Of a stretch of 64,000 nucleotides of DNA, positions 29,720 through 39,775 are shown piece after piece. Where the stretch lies: contig OZ220089.1 in assembly GCA_964291625.2 (NCBI GenBank), positions 480,001 to 544,000 on the forward strand, read 5' to 3'. A program made the position numbers and the translations under genes. Under the pieces are notes generated by a model. It made no database searches and was not told the origin of the DNA. It saw nothing but the letters and a program-made list of their open reading frames with translations. The stretch comes from Candidatus Latescibacterota bacterium. GTDB taxonomy: Bacteria > Latescibacterota > UBA2968 > UBA8231. Numbering within the stretch: position 1 is the first letter of the stretch; every line of letters begins with the position of its first letter.

Positions 29720-30160
29720 ATGAAACGATGTGCGAAAGGGGTGCGGACCTGCTCGGGGATTCCGGGCTTGGTTCTCGTGAGCTTGGCTTGCAGTGGATGC
29801 ACTGTAGATGCCGTCTGCAACAACCCCAACCTCCTCTGGCTCTGGCTGATCCTGCCGGTATTGCTCGGCGCATTGGGTGGAGTCGTAATGTGCCTAGTCC
29901 GGCTTCATCAACTCAAGGGATGGGATCTGAGCACTTCCCCTCGGACACCGAGACCGAAGTCTCTTCTGATTGGTGCGTCTATTGTCGCCGCCATCCTTTT
30001 CCTCTCCTTCCCCTCCTTCATGATCCCTGCCGAAGCCTGTGAGCCAGATCAGAAGACCGCCAACATCACCTTCTGGCTGCTGGGAAGCCTGATAGGCACG
30101 ATGATCGCCCTGGTCGGGCTGCTGCTCGCCAATCAACGCTACTCGAAGGGATCGGAGTGA
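29720..30160 (+). CDS. Small membrane protein (possible lipoprotein-type signal plus about 3 TM helices), first gene of the island operon
   Basis: Hydrophobic segments; stop overlaps the GTG of the next gene (GTGA). Confidence 0.7.
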   Translation: MKRCAKGVRTCSGIPGLVLVSLACSGCTVDAVCNNPNLLWLWLILPVLLGALGGVVMCLVRLHQLKGWDLSTSPRTPRPKSLLIGASIVAAILFLSFPSFMIPAEACEPDQKTANITFWLLGSLIGTMIALVGLLLANQRYSKGSE

Positions 30161-33100
30161 TTGTGAACTCCCTGATCGCATGCGGTGGGACCGGAGCGCA
30201 CGCAGTCTTGGCGATGATGCGACTGCATACGCTCGGATACGCCCTCGGGTTCTTTCGCCAACCGAACGACAAGCCGCTGGACTTTCCAGCCCTCTATCTC
30301 GTCGACCAAGATGCCGGTGATGGGCCCGGGGAGGAAACCGCGTGGCAAATGGTCCGCCGGCTTGTCGAATATCATCCTGGCCACTGGAACTCGCACGAGA
30401 CGTTCGGGCGGGAGGACGGTCTCAACCCAAGGATCGTGACCCCGTTGCCGGTTGGCCCCGACGCGGAGTGGTTCAACCCCCCCAATGACACGTTAGGCAA
30501 GCGTTTTGCCCATTCACCTCACCTGGATTTGCTCACGGACAGGGACCAACGGGGAATCCAGTTCTCGCGAGGCATGATGGGATCACCTTCTGTCGGGGCC
30601 CTGCTCTTTAAGCTGAAGAACCACGATGCTGGGGCAAGCGGCATCAACCATGACGGGGCTTTTGAGACGCTTCGAAACGAACGAGGGCGCATCGCCGTCG
30701 TCGGCTCTGGAGTAGGCGGGACCGGCGCCGCCGTAGTGCCCACGCTCGCGCGTCAACTCGCGGACGATGGCGCTCGCGTCATGGCCGTGATGGTGCTGCA
30801 ATGGTTCAAGTTTACAACCGACGGGATTGATGAGCTTCTGCGTGAGAAGGCAGAACTCAGGAACGATGCTATGCGCCAGAACGCGCACTCCGCCCTCGCC
30901 TACTGCGGTCAGGACCTAGCGAGAGAAGTAGCAACGGTGCCTGTAGGAGTACCGGAAACAGCCATCGTTGCTCGACGATTTACATCGGACACTGAACAGC
31001 CGGCGCATGAGTCGTTCGTCCACGGTGTCGCCGCCCTCTCCTGCCTGCGCCACTTTCTCGCATCGGAACCGTACCAGGCGGGCCTCTACCAGATGGGGGC
31101 CGAAGACCCTAGGAAACTCGGCGGTGGCAACCTCATCCCAGGCGGTAGTTCTGATGGCACCCTGCAGGATCTCGCGAATCAGGCCGGGACGCTTGCCACC
31201 ACCCTGGATGCCTTCGCGGCCGTGCTGGCTGATTCTCACTCCGGACGGTTCGCAGTCGTCCCCGCCATCTATCGCGAGATTCAACGCCTTACCGACCCGC
31301 GACAGGTTAGTCGAGAGATTCGCTCCCTCACAGCCAGCTACCGGGAACACCTGGGGTGGCTGCAACAGGTCCTTGGCGTTGAGCCGCAACCGATAGGCGC
31401 CTTGGCCTTGGAAACCAAGTCACGCAGGCGCTTGATTGACCACCCGATCCCAGAAACCACCGACCCATCACCGCAGGAGGTGGCTCTGAGCATTTTCCAC
31501 TGGGTTGCGGAATGGATCCGTAATCCTCAAGAAAGGAGGTCCGCTGGACTCCTCCCCAGCAAGCCGGGGAGGGTCGATGGCGGGTACTGGCCGCCCCTTA
31601 GTGGTGACGGTCTTGCCGTTGCGGCGGATCGCGCCGGTGACTTGAGCTCGGTTCCTTCCCAGAACGTCGAGGTTACGCTGGATGCAATCGTCGACACCGA
31701 CCACGTGTCGCAGAACGGCTGGCCGCATCCGATGGCCGTCGCCGATCACTTCCGGTACGCGGTTCAGCGTGAAGACCGGACAGCAATGCGCCAACTCGAG
31801 ATGCTTCTGGTGGGTCTGGTCACTGGCAACCTCGAATTGAGGGAAACCTCAGAAGCCGATGAGTCACCTGAACCCGTATCTCTCGCCGCATTGGTCAACG
31901 CGGTTCGTGATTCTGGCTTTCCCGGGGTCGCCAGGTACGCAGTGGTCTGGCCGGTAGAGGACGAGGTTCTGGGCTTCAATTCTCCGCATACGCTCTTGTG
32001 TGCAAAACCTCCATCCGACCAGCATGCTGTCCGAATCTGGGCAAGGCTGTGGGCGCAACTGACGAGATCAGATCAACCGGAGAATTGGGCGACCGTGGAG
32101 TCACCTGCCGCCTGGAGGCACGCGGACCAAGCAATCCACCAGATCCAAACTTGGCTCGCACATCTGAAACAGGTGCATAGCGGCACGCCACCCGCGTGGA
32201 CACGCATCTTCGAGCATCAACCAGGCCCGGCACACGTCCCATATGGCACTGACGAGAGAACATTCCCACTCTATTGGGCCTCCACAAGCGGAACTGTCCC
32301 GGTCGGCCTGCCGAAGGCCAGGGCCGGGGGCTATCAGCCCGGTGAAGACACCCCGCTGATCCCCGAAGACGAACTTCTAGACAGGATTCCACAGCTGCGA
32401 AGACTTCGAAGCCAATCCGGTCACATCCTCTATGAGATGGTGGAGTTCGAGGCGCCGGACCGGGAACGTCAAGTCCGTGGCCTCTGGAAGGAACACCTCG
32501 ATCACCTGCAGCAACACGGCCTAATCGCTGACTTCGGTAACAACGTGGATGACGTGTTCATCCTGATGCCAGACTGGAAGCATGCGGCGCTCAAGAGAAC
32601 GCGTATTCTCGATCGCGACGTCATGATGATTCGGAGATGCAGCCCGATGCGACAGGATCCCGTCCCGGGCTCCTCTACCCGGGTAGGATCCACGCGCTAC
32701 CCGGATCTTCCGCTGCGTTCGGACTATCTCGATCTCGTGCGGACTGACACCCGAAGGACAGTCCTCGATCTCCTGAAAGAGGGCGCCCCGCTCAACCCCG
32801 GGGAGTTCGAACCGGCGATTGACGATACTCATCAGGGAAGGTCCGCTACCTGGACGCTGCGACTGAAGGGCCGCCAAGATCCGCTGACAATCTCGCTTCC
32901 CGTTGGGCCCGAGAATGAGAATCACCAAGCGCATTGGATGGTCTGGCCTCGGTTTCGATCGAGTAGTAGCCAATTCTGGCGTTCCTACTACGTCTATGAG
33001 CGTTGCACGGATGCACGCCTACGGTTGGAGACGCTGTGGTTGGACCCCGAGTCCAATCGCGTGCATCGATCTGATGTACAGGATCGATCCGGACCACATC

Positions 33101-34980
33101 CAGTCCGTTTCGATGCACGGGGAGGCACCCGCGCCCACACCGGCGGACCACCCCTCGCCTTCAGCGTCCGGGACACAGTGTCCGAAGACGAGATCGGCCT
33201 TTACCTGATTCCTCTCACGCCGGTGGCGCCGAACGACAACGATCTACGGATCGGGATCGATTTCGGGACATCACATACCGTCGCATCGCTCCTGACGGGA
33301 GGCGAGCCATCGGTCGTCCAACTCGCTGCCGAACTCGACCCCGCCAACGCGGAGACGGCGTTGACACTTCATGTCAGCGAGGATTGGTCCCACGTGACGG
33401 CATCGTTCGACCAAGATGGACTGTCGGCGTTAGGTGTCTGGCTGCCCAACTACGTGCAGTCGGTGGCCCCGGACGCCAGGGGATTGCTTCCTTCGGAGTT
33501 GCTCTCCCTACTTCCTCTGGCCAGGGTGAACGCCGAGGAAGTGGCCGGGTGGCAGCCCGGGTATGACTGTGTAATCCCCCCTATGGACATGCAGCGCCCT
33601 GACATCGCCGACCACATCCTGGCGGACTTCAAGTGGGATGCCTCGTTTCCCGCATTCCATGGGTGGGAACCTCTGCTGCGCGAAATCTATCTTGGGATGG
33701 TCGTCGAGTTGGTGATGGCTGATGTCGTCTGGCGCCGACGCGCTATACCCTCTCAACCTGTCGACTTCACCTTCACCTACCCCCTCCGCACGCAGCCAAC
33801 CGAGTTGAGTAGCTTCGAAGAGATGCTTCGCCGCCTGCTTGAGAACAGCAGTCGAAGTCTCGGCTGCAAGCTCATCTTGCGCGGCGAAACCGGTACCTAC
33901 AACGAGTCTCGTGCCGCAAAGGGAGGCACTGGCAATTTTGGGGAGGTCAGTCTGGTGGGTGATCTTGGTGGCGGGACGCTCGATCTCTTCATCTCGGCAA
34001 ATCCCCTCCCGGGTGTCAGGTTTCAGGAAGTCGCCGACAGCGCCAAGCTCGGAGGCAACCTGCTCCTGCGGACCTTTGCCCGGAACCCCCAGAGGTTCCT
34101 TCCTGAAAACGCCGGCTGGAGGTTCGATGACCCAGAAGGACTGGAGACCCAGCTCCGCGCTTGGATGCGATCCAAGGGGTCGCGGGACTTGTTCGGCGAA
34201 GGTGCTGGTGACCAGATCGTGTATCGCGGGTTGGACCTTCGGGGCTTCGACCAACCCTCACAGGCGGACCCGGCGCGTCGCCTCATCAGCCGCTACTTCC
34301 AGTTGATCGCCGAATACATGGCCCGCAGCCTTGTCGCGTTTCTGGCACGTGACTGGTACCGGCAAGCTCCGCCGCACCATCATGACAAGCTCAAAATTCT
34401 CGTGCAGCTTCGCGGCAACGGCTGGCGGCTCTGGCATGACGCTGTCGAATACAGACGCATCGAAGAGGAAGTCGGGGGACGGATCGAGAGCCGGGCGCGG
34501 TTCCTGTGGCAGGATCCTGGGCTGTGGAACCTGGCTTCTCCTCCGGGCCTTCCGAACGGAGCCTGGGCGGCTCGAGACACAGGTGACGCGAATCCGAAGA
34601 CCGCGCCGATTCTGGCCGCCGTCGGTCAGGCTGAATCGCGCCAGGATGCCGAGCGCTTCAAATCGCACACGCTGGTCCAGCTCGACTTGCTCCATGCGGG
34701 GTCCAGCCCTGATCCCGTCCCCTGGTTCAGTTCGGACCGGTTCAAGACTGGCGGCAAGACGACCCAGGTTGAGATCAACGCAGTTGAGCCGCCCCTGCCT
34801 CTGAGTCCTCATGATGTTGAAGCATCAATCGACGATTTCGAAGACCAACTCAAAGCCGAGGTCAACCGCAAGCTCCGAGAAGAAGGTTCCTTCCCGAACG
34901 AGGTCGAGTTCCGGGCACCTGTGGCCCCGATTGTCTGGGAAGCGGCGTTCAAGTGCAGGCAGTTCCTGGGCAATGATTGA
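30157..34980 (+). CDS. Giant tubulin/FtsZ-like GTPase - actin/Hsp70-like ATPase fusion protein
   Basis: N-terminal IACGGTG (about 30175), LVDQD, G..GSPSVG, GSGVGGTG (about 30703); C-terminal IGIDFGTSHT (about 33250), GDLGGGTLD (about 33960), LGGN, LRGNG (about 34408); uninterrupted 1607-aa frame. Confidence 0.8.
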   Translation: MIVNSLIACGGTGAHAVLAMMRLHTLGYALGFFRQPNDKPLDFPALYLVDQDAGDGPGEETAWQMVRRLVEYHPGHWNSHETFGREDGLNPRIVTPLPVGPDAEWFNPPNDTLGKRFAHSPHLDLLTDRDQRGIQFSRGMMGSPSVGALLFKLKNHDAGASGINHDGAFETLRNERGRIAVVGSGVGGTGAAVVPTLARQLADDGARVMAVMVLQWFKFTTDGIDELLREKAELRNDAMRQNAHSALAYCGQDLAREVATVPVGVPETAIVARRFTSDTEQPAHESFVHGVAALSCLRHFLASEPYQAGLYQMGAEDPRKLGGGNLIPGGSSDGTLQDLANQAGTLATTLDAFAAVLADSHSGRFAVVPAIYREIQRLTDPRQVSREIRSLTASYREHLGWLQQVLGVEPQPIGALALETKSRRRLIDHPIPETTDPSPQEVALSIFHWVAEWIRNPQERRSAGLLPSKPGRVDGGYWPPLSGDGLAVAADRAGDLSSVPSQNVEVTLDAIVDTDHVSQNGWPHPMAVADHFRYAVQREDRTAMRQLEMLLVGLVTGNLELRETSEADESPEPVSLAALVNAVRDSGFPGVARYAVVWPVEDEVLGFNSPHTLLCAKPPSDQHAVRIWARLWAQLTRSDQPENWATVESPAAWRHADQAIHQIQTWLAHLKQVHSGTPPAWTRIFEHQPGPAHVPYGTDERTFPLYWASTSGTVPVGLPKARAGGYQPGEDTPLIPEDELLDRIPQLRRLRSQSGHILYEMVEFEAPDRERQVRGLWKEHLDHLQQHGLIADFGNNVDDVFILMPDWKHAALKRTRILDRDVMMIRRCSPMRQDPVPGSSTRVGSTRYPDLPLRSDYLDLVRTDTRRTVLDLLKEGAPLNPGEFEPAIDDTHQGRSATWTLRLKGRQDPLTISLPVGPENENHQAHWMVWPRFRSSSSQFWRSYYVYERCTDARLRLETLWLDPESNRVHRSDVQDRSGPHPVRFDARGGTRAHTGGPPLAFSVRDTVSEDEIGLYLIPLTPVAPNDNDLRIGIDFGTSHTVASLLTGGEPSVVQLAAELDPANAETALTLHVSEDWSHVTASFDQDGLSALGVWLPNYVQSVAPDARGLLPSELLSLLPLARVNAEEVAGWQPGYDCVIPPMDMQRPDIADHILADFKWDASFPAFHGWEPLLREIYLGMVVELVMADVVWRRRAIPSQPVDFTFTYPLRTQPTELSSFEEMLRRLLENSSRSLGCKLILRGETGTYNESRAAKGGTGNFGEVSLVGDLGGGTLDLFISANPLPGVRFQEVADSAKLGGNLLLRTFARNPQRFLPENAGWRFDDPEGLETQLRAWMRSKGSRDLFGEGAGDQIVYRGLDLRGFDQPSQADPARRLISRYFQLIAEYMARSLVAFLARDWYRQAPPHHHDKLKILVQLRGNGWRLWHDAVEYRRIEEEVGGRIESRARFLWQDPGLWNLASPPGLPNGAWAARDTGDANPKTAPILAAVGQAESRQDAERFKSHTLVQLDLLHAGSSPDPVPWFSSDRFKTGGKTTQVEINAVEPPLPLSPHDVEASIDDFEDQLKAEVNRKLREEGSFPNEVEFRAPVAPIVWEAAFKCRQFLGND

Positions 34981-35815
34981 CTCCCGACTCTGGGGTGGGT
35001 ATCTCCTGGGCATAGTCACGGTGCTCGCCCTGAACCTCTACGACTCCTTCTCCCCTACATGGCGGATTGCTGCGCTGGCTGTGGCCGCGGTAGCCGGACT
35101 TGGCCTATTGCTCGCCAGTCTCCTTCGCGGCCGCATGCAACGCCCCCGCCGCACCCCCGATGCACCGGAGGCGGCAGTGCCACCACCAGTTGCACCCCAT
35201 CTTCACGACCGGCCGCTGGCGAGCGATTCAATCACTGCCGGCAGCCCCCCCCAAGCCCCCCCGGGTGCTGTCGCTGGTAGCCCAGTGCCGACCGGATCGA
35301 AGCCACCATCATCTCTATCTCCGGCATCTCAGAGCGAGGCAGAGCACGAAGACCAAGATCCCTCGCGCCAACATCCACCACCCGACTCCGCCAGTACTCT
35401 TGAGCCTTCGCCGGCGCCGTCAACCGAACCTGCGAGCGTTCCTCCCAAGCCGGCCACACCCGGTCATAGTGATCTGATCGATGCATGGCATCACTACTGG
35501 CGCGTTGGGGACGGCCACTTCAAGGCGGGAGGCTTGGAGAATCAGCTGACCGCAAGCGGCTTCACGGCCAAGGTCATTGACGGTGCCGAGGTAGGAGCTG
35601 GTGACCACGTGCTGATAGTCGACACCCAGTCCCCAGACAAACACTTCTTCGTACTTCCCAGTTTCGCGAGATCGCCTAGGTCCGTGCAGCACTGGTTTCA
35701 CGATCAGAGCGGAGGTGCCTTGACAGGCACGACGCGCCAAGTGAACAGTTTGGCCGTGGGCCGATGGACCGATTCCGGCGCGTTTGAAGTAGTGAAGAAG
35801 GGAGCCGTTTCCTAG
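34973..35815 (+). CDS. Two-TM membrane protein with Pro-rich linker and C-terminal globular domain
   Basis: MIDSRLWGGYLLGIV... two hydrophobic helices and a long Pro/Ser/Ala tract; overlaps the upstream stop by 8 nt. Confidence 0.72.
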   Translation: MIDSRLWGGYLLGIVTVLALNLYDSFSPTWRIAALAVAAVAGLGLLLASLLRGRMQRPRRTPDAPEAAVPPPVAPHLHDRPLASDSITAGSPPQAPPGAVAGSPVPTGSKPPSSLSPASQSEAEHEDQDPSRQHPPPDSASTLEPSPAPSTEPASVPPKPATPGHSDLIDAWHHYWRVGDGHFKAGGLENQLTASGFTAKVIDGAEVGAGDHVLIVDTQSPDKHFFVLPSFARSPRSVQHWFHDQSGGALTGTTRQVNSLAVGRWTDSGAFEVVKKGAVS

Positions 35816-35851
35816 TGAGATACCAATTGACACAGAGGGGGCACGACACCG

Positions 35852-36070
35852 ATGACCGTCAGTGACACACTTACAAGTCAAGTGGTCGCGACTTGTGTCG
35901 TCCTTGCCTCTCTCGCAGTTGCACTCTCCTTAGTTGTCTTGTCGGTAGTTCGCTGGCTGTGGATCCGTCACCGGCGTATTGCCTCCCTCACGACCGAGGA
36001 TTCGGTCTTACTGCTCCGAGAGGCACTTCGCTTGGCCGAGAGCATTCCGCGACTTACGGGGAAGCAGTAG
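35852..36070 (+). CDS. Small single-TM protein
   Basis: 72 aa with one long hydrophobic helix followed by basic residues; AGAGGGGG upstream. Confidence 0.55.
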   Translation: MTVSDTLTSQVVATCVVLASLAVALSLVVLSVVRWLWIRHRRIASLTTEDSVLLLREALRLAESIPRLTGKQ

Positions 36071-36099
36071 GACACCTGTTCACGAAGGCGTGTGTGACG

Positions 36100-37470
36100 A
36101 TGATGCCAGGCAGATGCGGATGCCTCGAAGCTCTTGTCAGCCGGATTGTCCGGCGGGTGACCGTAGGGGCTGTGGTCCTGACGACGGCCTCCTGCAACGG
36201 CCCCGATGGAGAGCCTCTGAGGCATTTCGAGAGACCTGCCATTGCGATACCGCAGTGGAATGGAGTCCCGGCCCCACCGCCTCCACAGAAGCCCAGGCGG
36301 AAACCTTCAGCGATCGATGTTCACCTCGACATCTCAGCCCCGATGGTCGGCTTCCTGCCACCTGCGTCGAACCCCCAGGGTCCTTCGGTCCTACGTACCG
36401 CCGCGCAGAACGTGGCCAGTCATCTGTCCAGACTGTACGGCGGGGAGAGTGTCTCCATCCGCTGGCGGGCGGTGGGACACGAACTCCGCGATCTGTCAGG
36501 AATGCCCCGATTCGAGAGGTCCCTGTTCGACGGCCGCTGGAGCCGACTGGAACTGTCTATCGAGAGCATTCTCTCCGGCTTCCGCAGCGGACAGATCGAG
36601 GCCGCGGCGTTGGTCACCGACCTGATGGCGACCGGGGACATCACAGGGCCGCTGGCTGTGTCAAACGCTTTGTCTGACTGGCTGGCATCAAGTGACGTCC
36701 GTTCAGCGACCTTCCATGTGGGTCTCCTTGCAACGCGGGCAGATTACCGGGGTTGGCAACCGGAAGGGTGCTCCGAGAGAACCAGTGAGCTTGGGTGTGT
36801 CTACAACGAACGAACTGGGGCAATCACCCCTCTCGACGGAGTCGTGAAGATTCCCTTCTACGTGCTCGTCCTTGCCAGGGACTATGAGAAGGTCAAAGAG
36901 GCGATCGCGTCCGTGCGGCGGGGGATCGAGGAGCTCGAGCAGAGTCTCGAGATCAAGCACGAGATCCTGACAAGGAGATCAAGAGGCTTTGCCGATACAG
37001 TGCACTGCACAGCGAGTAAGCCAGGCGCCAACGGAGAGAGCACACGCCAATACGCCCTGTTTGCAGATAGCAGGGGAAACATGAAGTGCCGCAGAGGCGA
37101 AACGGTGGCTCTTTCCTGCAGTCTTCGGACCGATTGGGGATTGAGCTCGGCCTCTACGGCCTTTGCCGGAAACGGGGAGACGACGGGGCTGTCCCGTGCC
37201 GCTGACGTCCGCGGCCTAGGCCATCGGCTCGATCTGGACATTGACTGTGCGCGACTGCTGGAACTCTCCGAGCCCGTGGAGCTGGATCTAACCGATCTTG
37301 TTGGAGAAGTCACCCCTCGGTGGGAAGTCGACTGGGGTGACTGGTCGACCGAAATCGATGAGCTCGGAAAAACCCTCCAACTCGCAGGCTTCGTGCGAGA
37401 ACTGCGCATCGTTCCGGACAGCTACCGGATCGAGCTTCAGAAGCCCTTTCTCAGCTTTACGGCCCAATGA
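36100..37470 (+). CDS. Lipoprotein with vWA-like (degenerate MIDAS) domain
   Basis: Lipobox LTTAS-C; VHLDISAPMVGF resembles DxSxSM; ALVTDL resembles the vWA 'lvTD' motif; exact start uncertain. Confidence 0.62.
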   Translation: MMPGRCGCLEALVSRIVRRVTVGAVVLTTASCNGPDGEPLRHFERPAIAIPQWNGVPAPPPPQKPRRKPSAIDVHLDISAPMVGFLPPASNPQGPSVLRTAAQNVASHLSRLYGGESVSIRWRAVGHELRDLSGMPRFERSLFDGRWSRLELSIESILSGFRSGQIEAAALVTDLMATGDITGPLAVSNALSDWLASSDVRSATFHVGLLATRADYRGWQPEGCSERTSELGCVYNERTGAITPLDGVVKIPFYVLVLARDYEKVKEAIASVRRGIEELEQSLEIKHEILTRRSRGFADTVHCTASKPGANGESTRQYALFADSRGNMKCRRGETVALSCSLRTDWGLSSASTAFAGNGETTGLSRAADVRGLGHRLDLDIDCARLLELSEPVELDLTDLVGEVTPRWEVDWGDWSTEIDELGKTLQLAGFVRELRIVPDSYRIELQKPFLSFTAQ

Positions 37471-39107
37471 CTTGGATCGTCTACGCCGTTGTCCTAGTCG
37501 TACTTGCCTGCCAGTTTTGGTTGCTCAGGCGTTCCAAGGTCTTGGCGTGGCAGGATGATGCGGCGGCCTTTGATGGCCTACTGACTCGGTTCATCCCCGA
37601 TCTCCTCGACCGAGCGAAGCGCGGCGACGCTCCAGACTGGCTGCGCTACATGGACGATGCCGACAGAGTCTACGAAGGCAAGAGCGAAAAGCTGCGCGTC
37701 TACGCAACCGCGGCCCTCGTGGTCGGTATCGGCGGCACCATGGCCGCTCTCGCCCTCCATCTGTTGTTGACCGACACGAACGCCCAGTCTCTTGGTTCGC
37801 TGCTCGCGGCGATGGGATCGGCCCTGATCGCTAGCGGGTTAGGGGTCGGGAACAACCTGCTGATATCACTCTGGCTGCTTCCGGAGGCGGACAACCGATT
37901 CGCGACCTCGCTACGTCGCTTCAAGGATCAACTCCACGAAGCGAGCTCAGCGCATCCGCCGCAGGAGACGTTCGCCGAGGCAGTGAAGAGCCAGCTCGCC
38001 AATGCGTTCCGGGAGGCGGTTCAGAAGTTCCCCGAGGCGTTCGAACGACTGGATCAGCACGTTGCATCGCTTGCCTCACAGATCGAGCGTCAGGCCACCA
38101 CCGTTTTGTCCGCGGCCACCCAACTCCGGGAGAGTGCTGAAGGGCTGGCAGGCGCAGCCGCGGGAATCGCCCCGGCGGCAGACCGGCTGACGGTCGCTAC
38201 CGACCAGTTACGCGGCCTGCCGGAAGAGATCCGGACCACCCTCGAATCGAGCCGCGATGCGTGGGAGCAGGAGATTCGGAGCGGCCAGAGCGCCTTTATC
38301 GCTGGCGTTAAGGAAGTGTTGACCGAACATCAGGCGCTCCTCGAGAGCACCAGATCCGTCTTCCATGGCTGGGAAGAGAAGAGGAGAAGCGAAGCGGAGG
38401 AGGCGGAGAGAAGTCGACGGGAGTCCGATCTGCTGATTCGCAACGCCACCGCGGAGGTCGTTTCGACCGTCAACGCCCTGCCATCCACCTTCGCTACCGA
38501 GGTGGAGAGAGTGTCAAACACACTAGGCCGCCAGTTCGGCCTGGAGGCGCGGAACCATGTTCGGGATCTGGTGCAAAGGATCACCGATGAGAATGAGGCC
38601 TTGCGAGCACAGATCGATCGCGTGGCGACGGAGCTGCAGACCCGCTTTCTGAACAGCACCAGCGATGTCGTCTCCAAGACGCTTCAGGAGGTCTACCAGA
38701 ACGTCGAGAGCACACTCCTCACTTCCTTGGATGAGGTGGGTAGAGGACTCAGGGAAGCGTTGACAGAGCTGCCGAACAATGCCACGAGCTTCGCCCAAAG
38801 CCTGGCCGCAGCGGACGAGAGGATCCAGCAGGCGCTCAACGGCATCAAGGAGTCATCCGACCACCTTGCCAAAGTGGCTATGCTCACGGAGGGCCTTGAG
38901 ACCTCACTGACTTCCGCGCTCACAAGGGCAACGGCCGATGCCGTCGGACCGCTTCGCCAAGACGTGCAGGAGTTCGTCAGGGACCTGTCCCGAACACACG
39001 AACAATTGCATCAAACCCACACGCAGATCAATGGCATGGTCCAGAGTCTGATCGAGTTCATTCGCAGCCTCGTCGAACGGCTGGGTAATCGCGCCAATAC
39101 CCCTTGA
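37467..39107 (+). CDS. MotA/TolQ/ExbB (ZorA-like) membrane protein with long coiled-coil tail
   Basis: TM1, a soluble domain, a TM pair AALVVGIGGTMAAL / AMGSALIASGLGV, then about 400 aa of heptad-rich helix; ATGA overlap. Confidence 0.7.
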   Translation: MTWIVYAVVLVVLACQFWLLRRSKVLAWQDDAAAFDGLLTRFIPDLLDRAKRGDAPDWLRYMDDADRVYEGKSEKLRVYATAALVVGIGGTMAALALHLLLTDTNAQSLGSLLAAMGSALIASGLGVGNNLLISLWLLPEADNRFATSLRRFKDQLHEASSAHPPQETFAEAVKSQLANAFREAVQKFPEAFERLDQHVASLASQIERQATTVLSAATQLRESAEGLAGAAAGIAPAADRLTVATDQLRGLPEEIRTTLESSRDAWEQEIRSGQSAFIAGVKEVLTEHQALLESTRSVFHGWEEKRRSEAEEAERSRRESDLLIRNATAEVVSTVNALPSTFATEVERVSNTLGRQFGLEARNHVRDLVQRITDENEALRAQIDRVATELQTRFLNSTSDVVSKTLQEVYQNVESTLLTSLDEVGRGLREALTELPNNATSFAQSLAAADERIQQALNGIKESSDHLAKVAMLTEGLETSLTSALTRATADAVGPLRQDVQEFVRDLSRTHEQLHQTHTQINGMVQSLIEFIRSLVERLGNRANTP

Positions 39108-39775
39108 GACGTGCACGCACCCCCCTGACGGCATGGCCGGCCTTCGCGGATCTCATGACGATTCTCGCGGTTGTCGGGCTCACCGCGGCGGTTCTCATCG
39201 TAACCATGGGTGACGAAGCGTGCGAGAAGCTGAAGGAGGAAATCGCCAAGCTGAGAGAAGAGAACGCACAACTGCAGGTCGAACTCGATGCCCGTGACTT
39301 AGAGATCGCCACGTTACGTGAGGTGAACGCGCAGAGGCAAGATTCGGTCGCCACGCTGAGCGCCAGGATTGACTCTTTGTCTGAGGTAGTTGCTGATCTC
39401 ATCATCGGCGCATCCCCATGTCTAGGCATGGACGGGAGTAACCCCAGGGTGCTACTCCGAATCGTAGTCAACAAGGGCTATCGGCTCGAAGCACGTTGGC
39501 CAAGGGACAGCAACCAGGTTGCGGAGATTCCATCGCTCCAGGATGCGGTTTCGATGGGTCAACTTGATTCCGACGCCTTTGAACAGTTCGCCAGCGCGAT
39601 TTACCACCATGGAGATGCCAAGGGTACCTTTGGTGGATCTTGCAGGTTCTTCGTCGAATTGGACAAGGATACAGATTCCTATCCTCGATTCGCACAGGCA
39701 GTAGGCGTGGTGAACCGCTATTTCCTGCTCGCCAACCCTTCGAAGGTCAACGGGATTCTCGCCGCCGGCAATTGA
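39104..39775 (+). CDS. MotB/ZorB-like membrane protein (conserved Asp TM) with coiled coil and non-OmpA C-terminal domain
   Basis: WPAFADLMTIL matches the MotB W..(F/Y)AD(L/M)M motif; TTGA overlap with the upstream gene. Confidence 0.72.
   Translation: MRRARTPLTAWPAFADLMTILAVVGLTAAVLIVTMGDEACEKLKEEIAKLREENAQLQVELDARDLEIATLREVNAQRQDSVATLSARIDSLSEVVADLIIGASPCLGMDGSNPRVLLRIVVNKGYRLEARWPRDSNQVAEIPSLQDAVSMGQLDSDAFEQFASAIYHHGDAKGTFGGSCRFFVELDKDTDSYPRFAQAVGVVNRYFLLANPSKVNGILAAGN

Noticed and set aside
30157-34980. Annotating the giant ORF as ftsZ, dnaK, mreB or ftsA
   Set aside because: Only fold-level motifs match; length, linker and context differ from those housekeeping genes.
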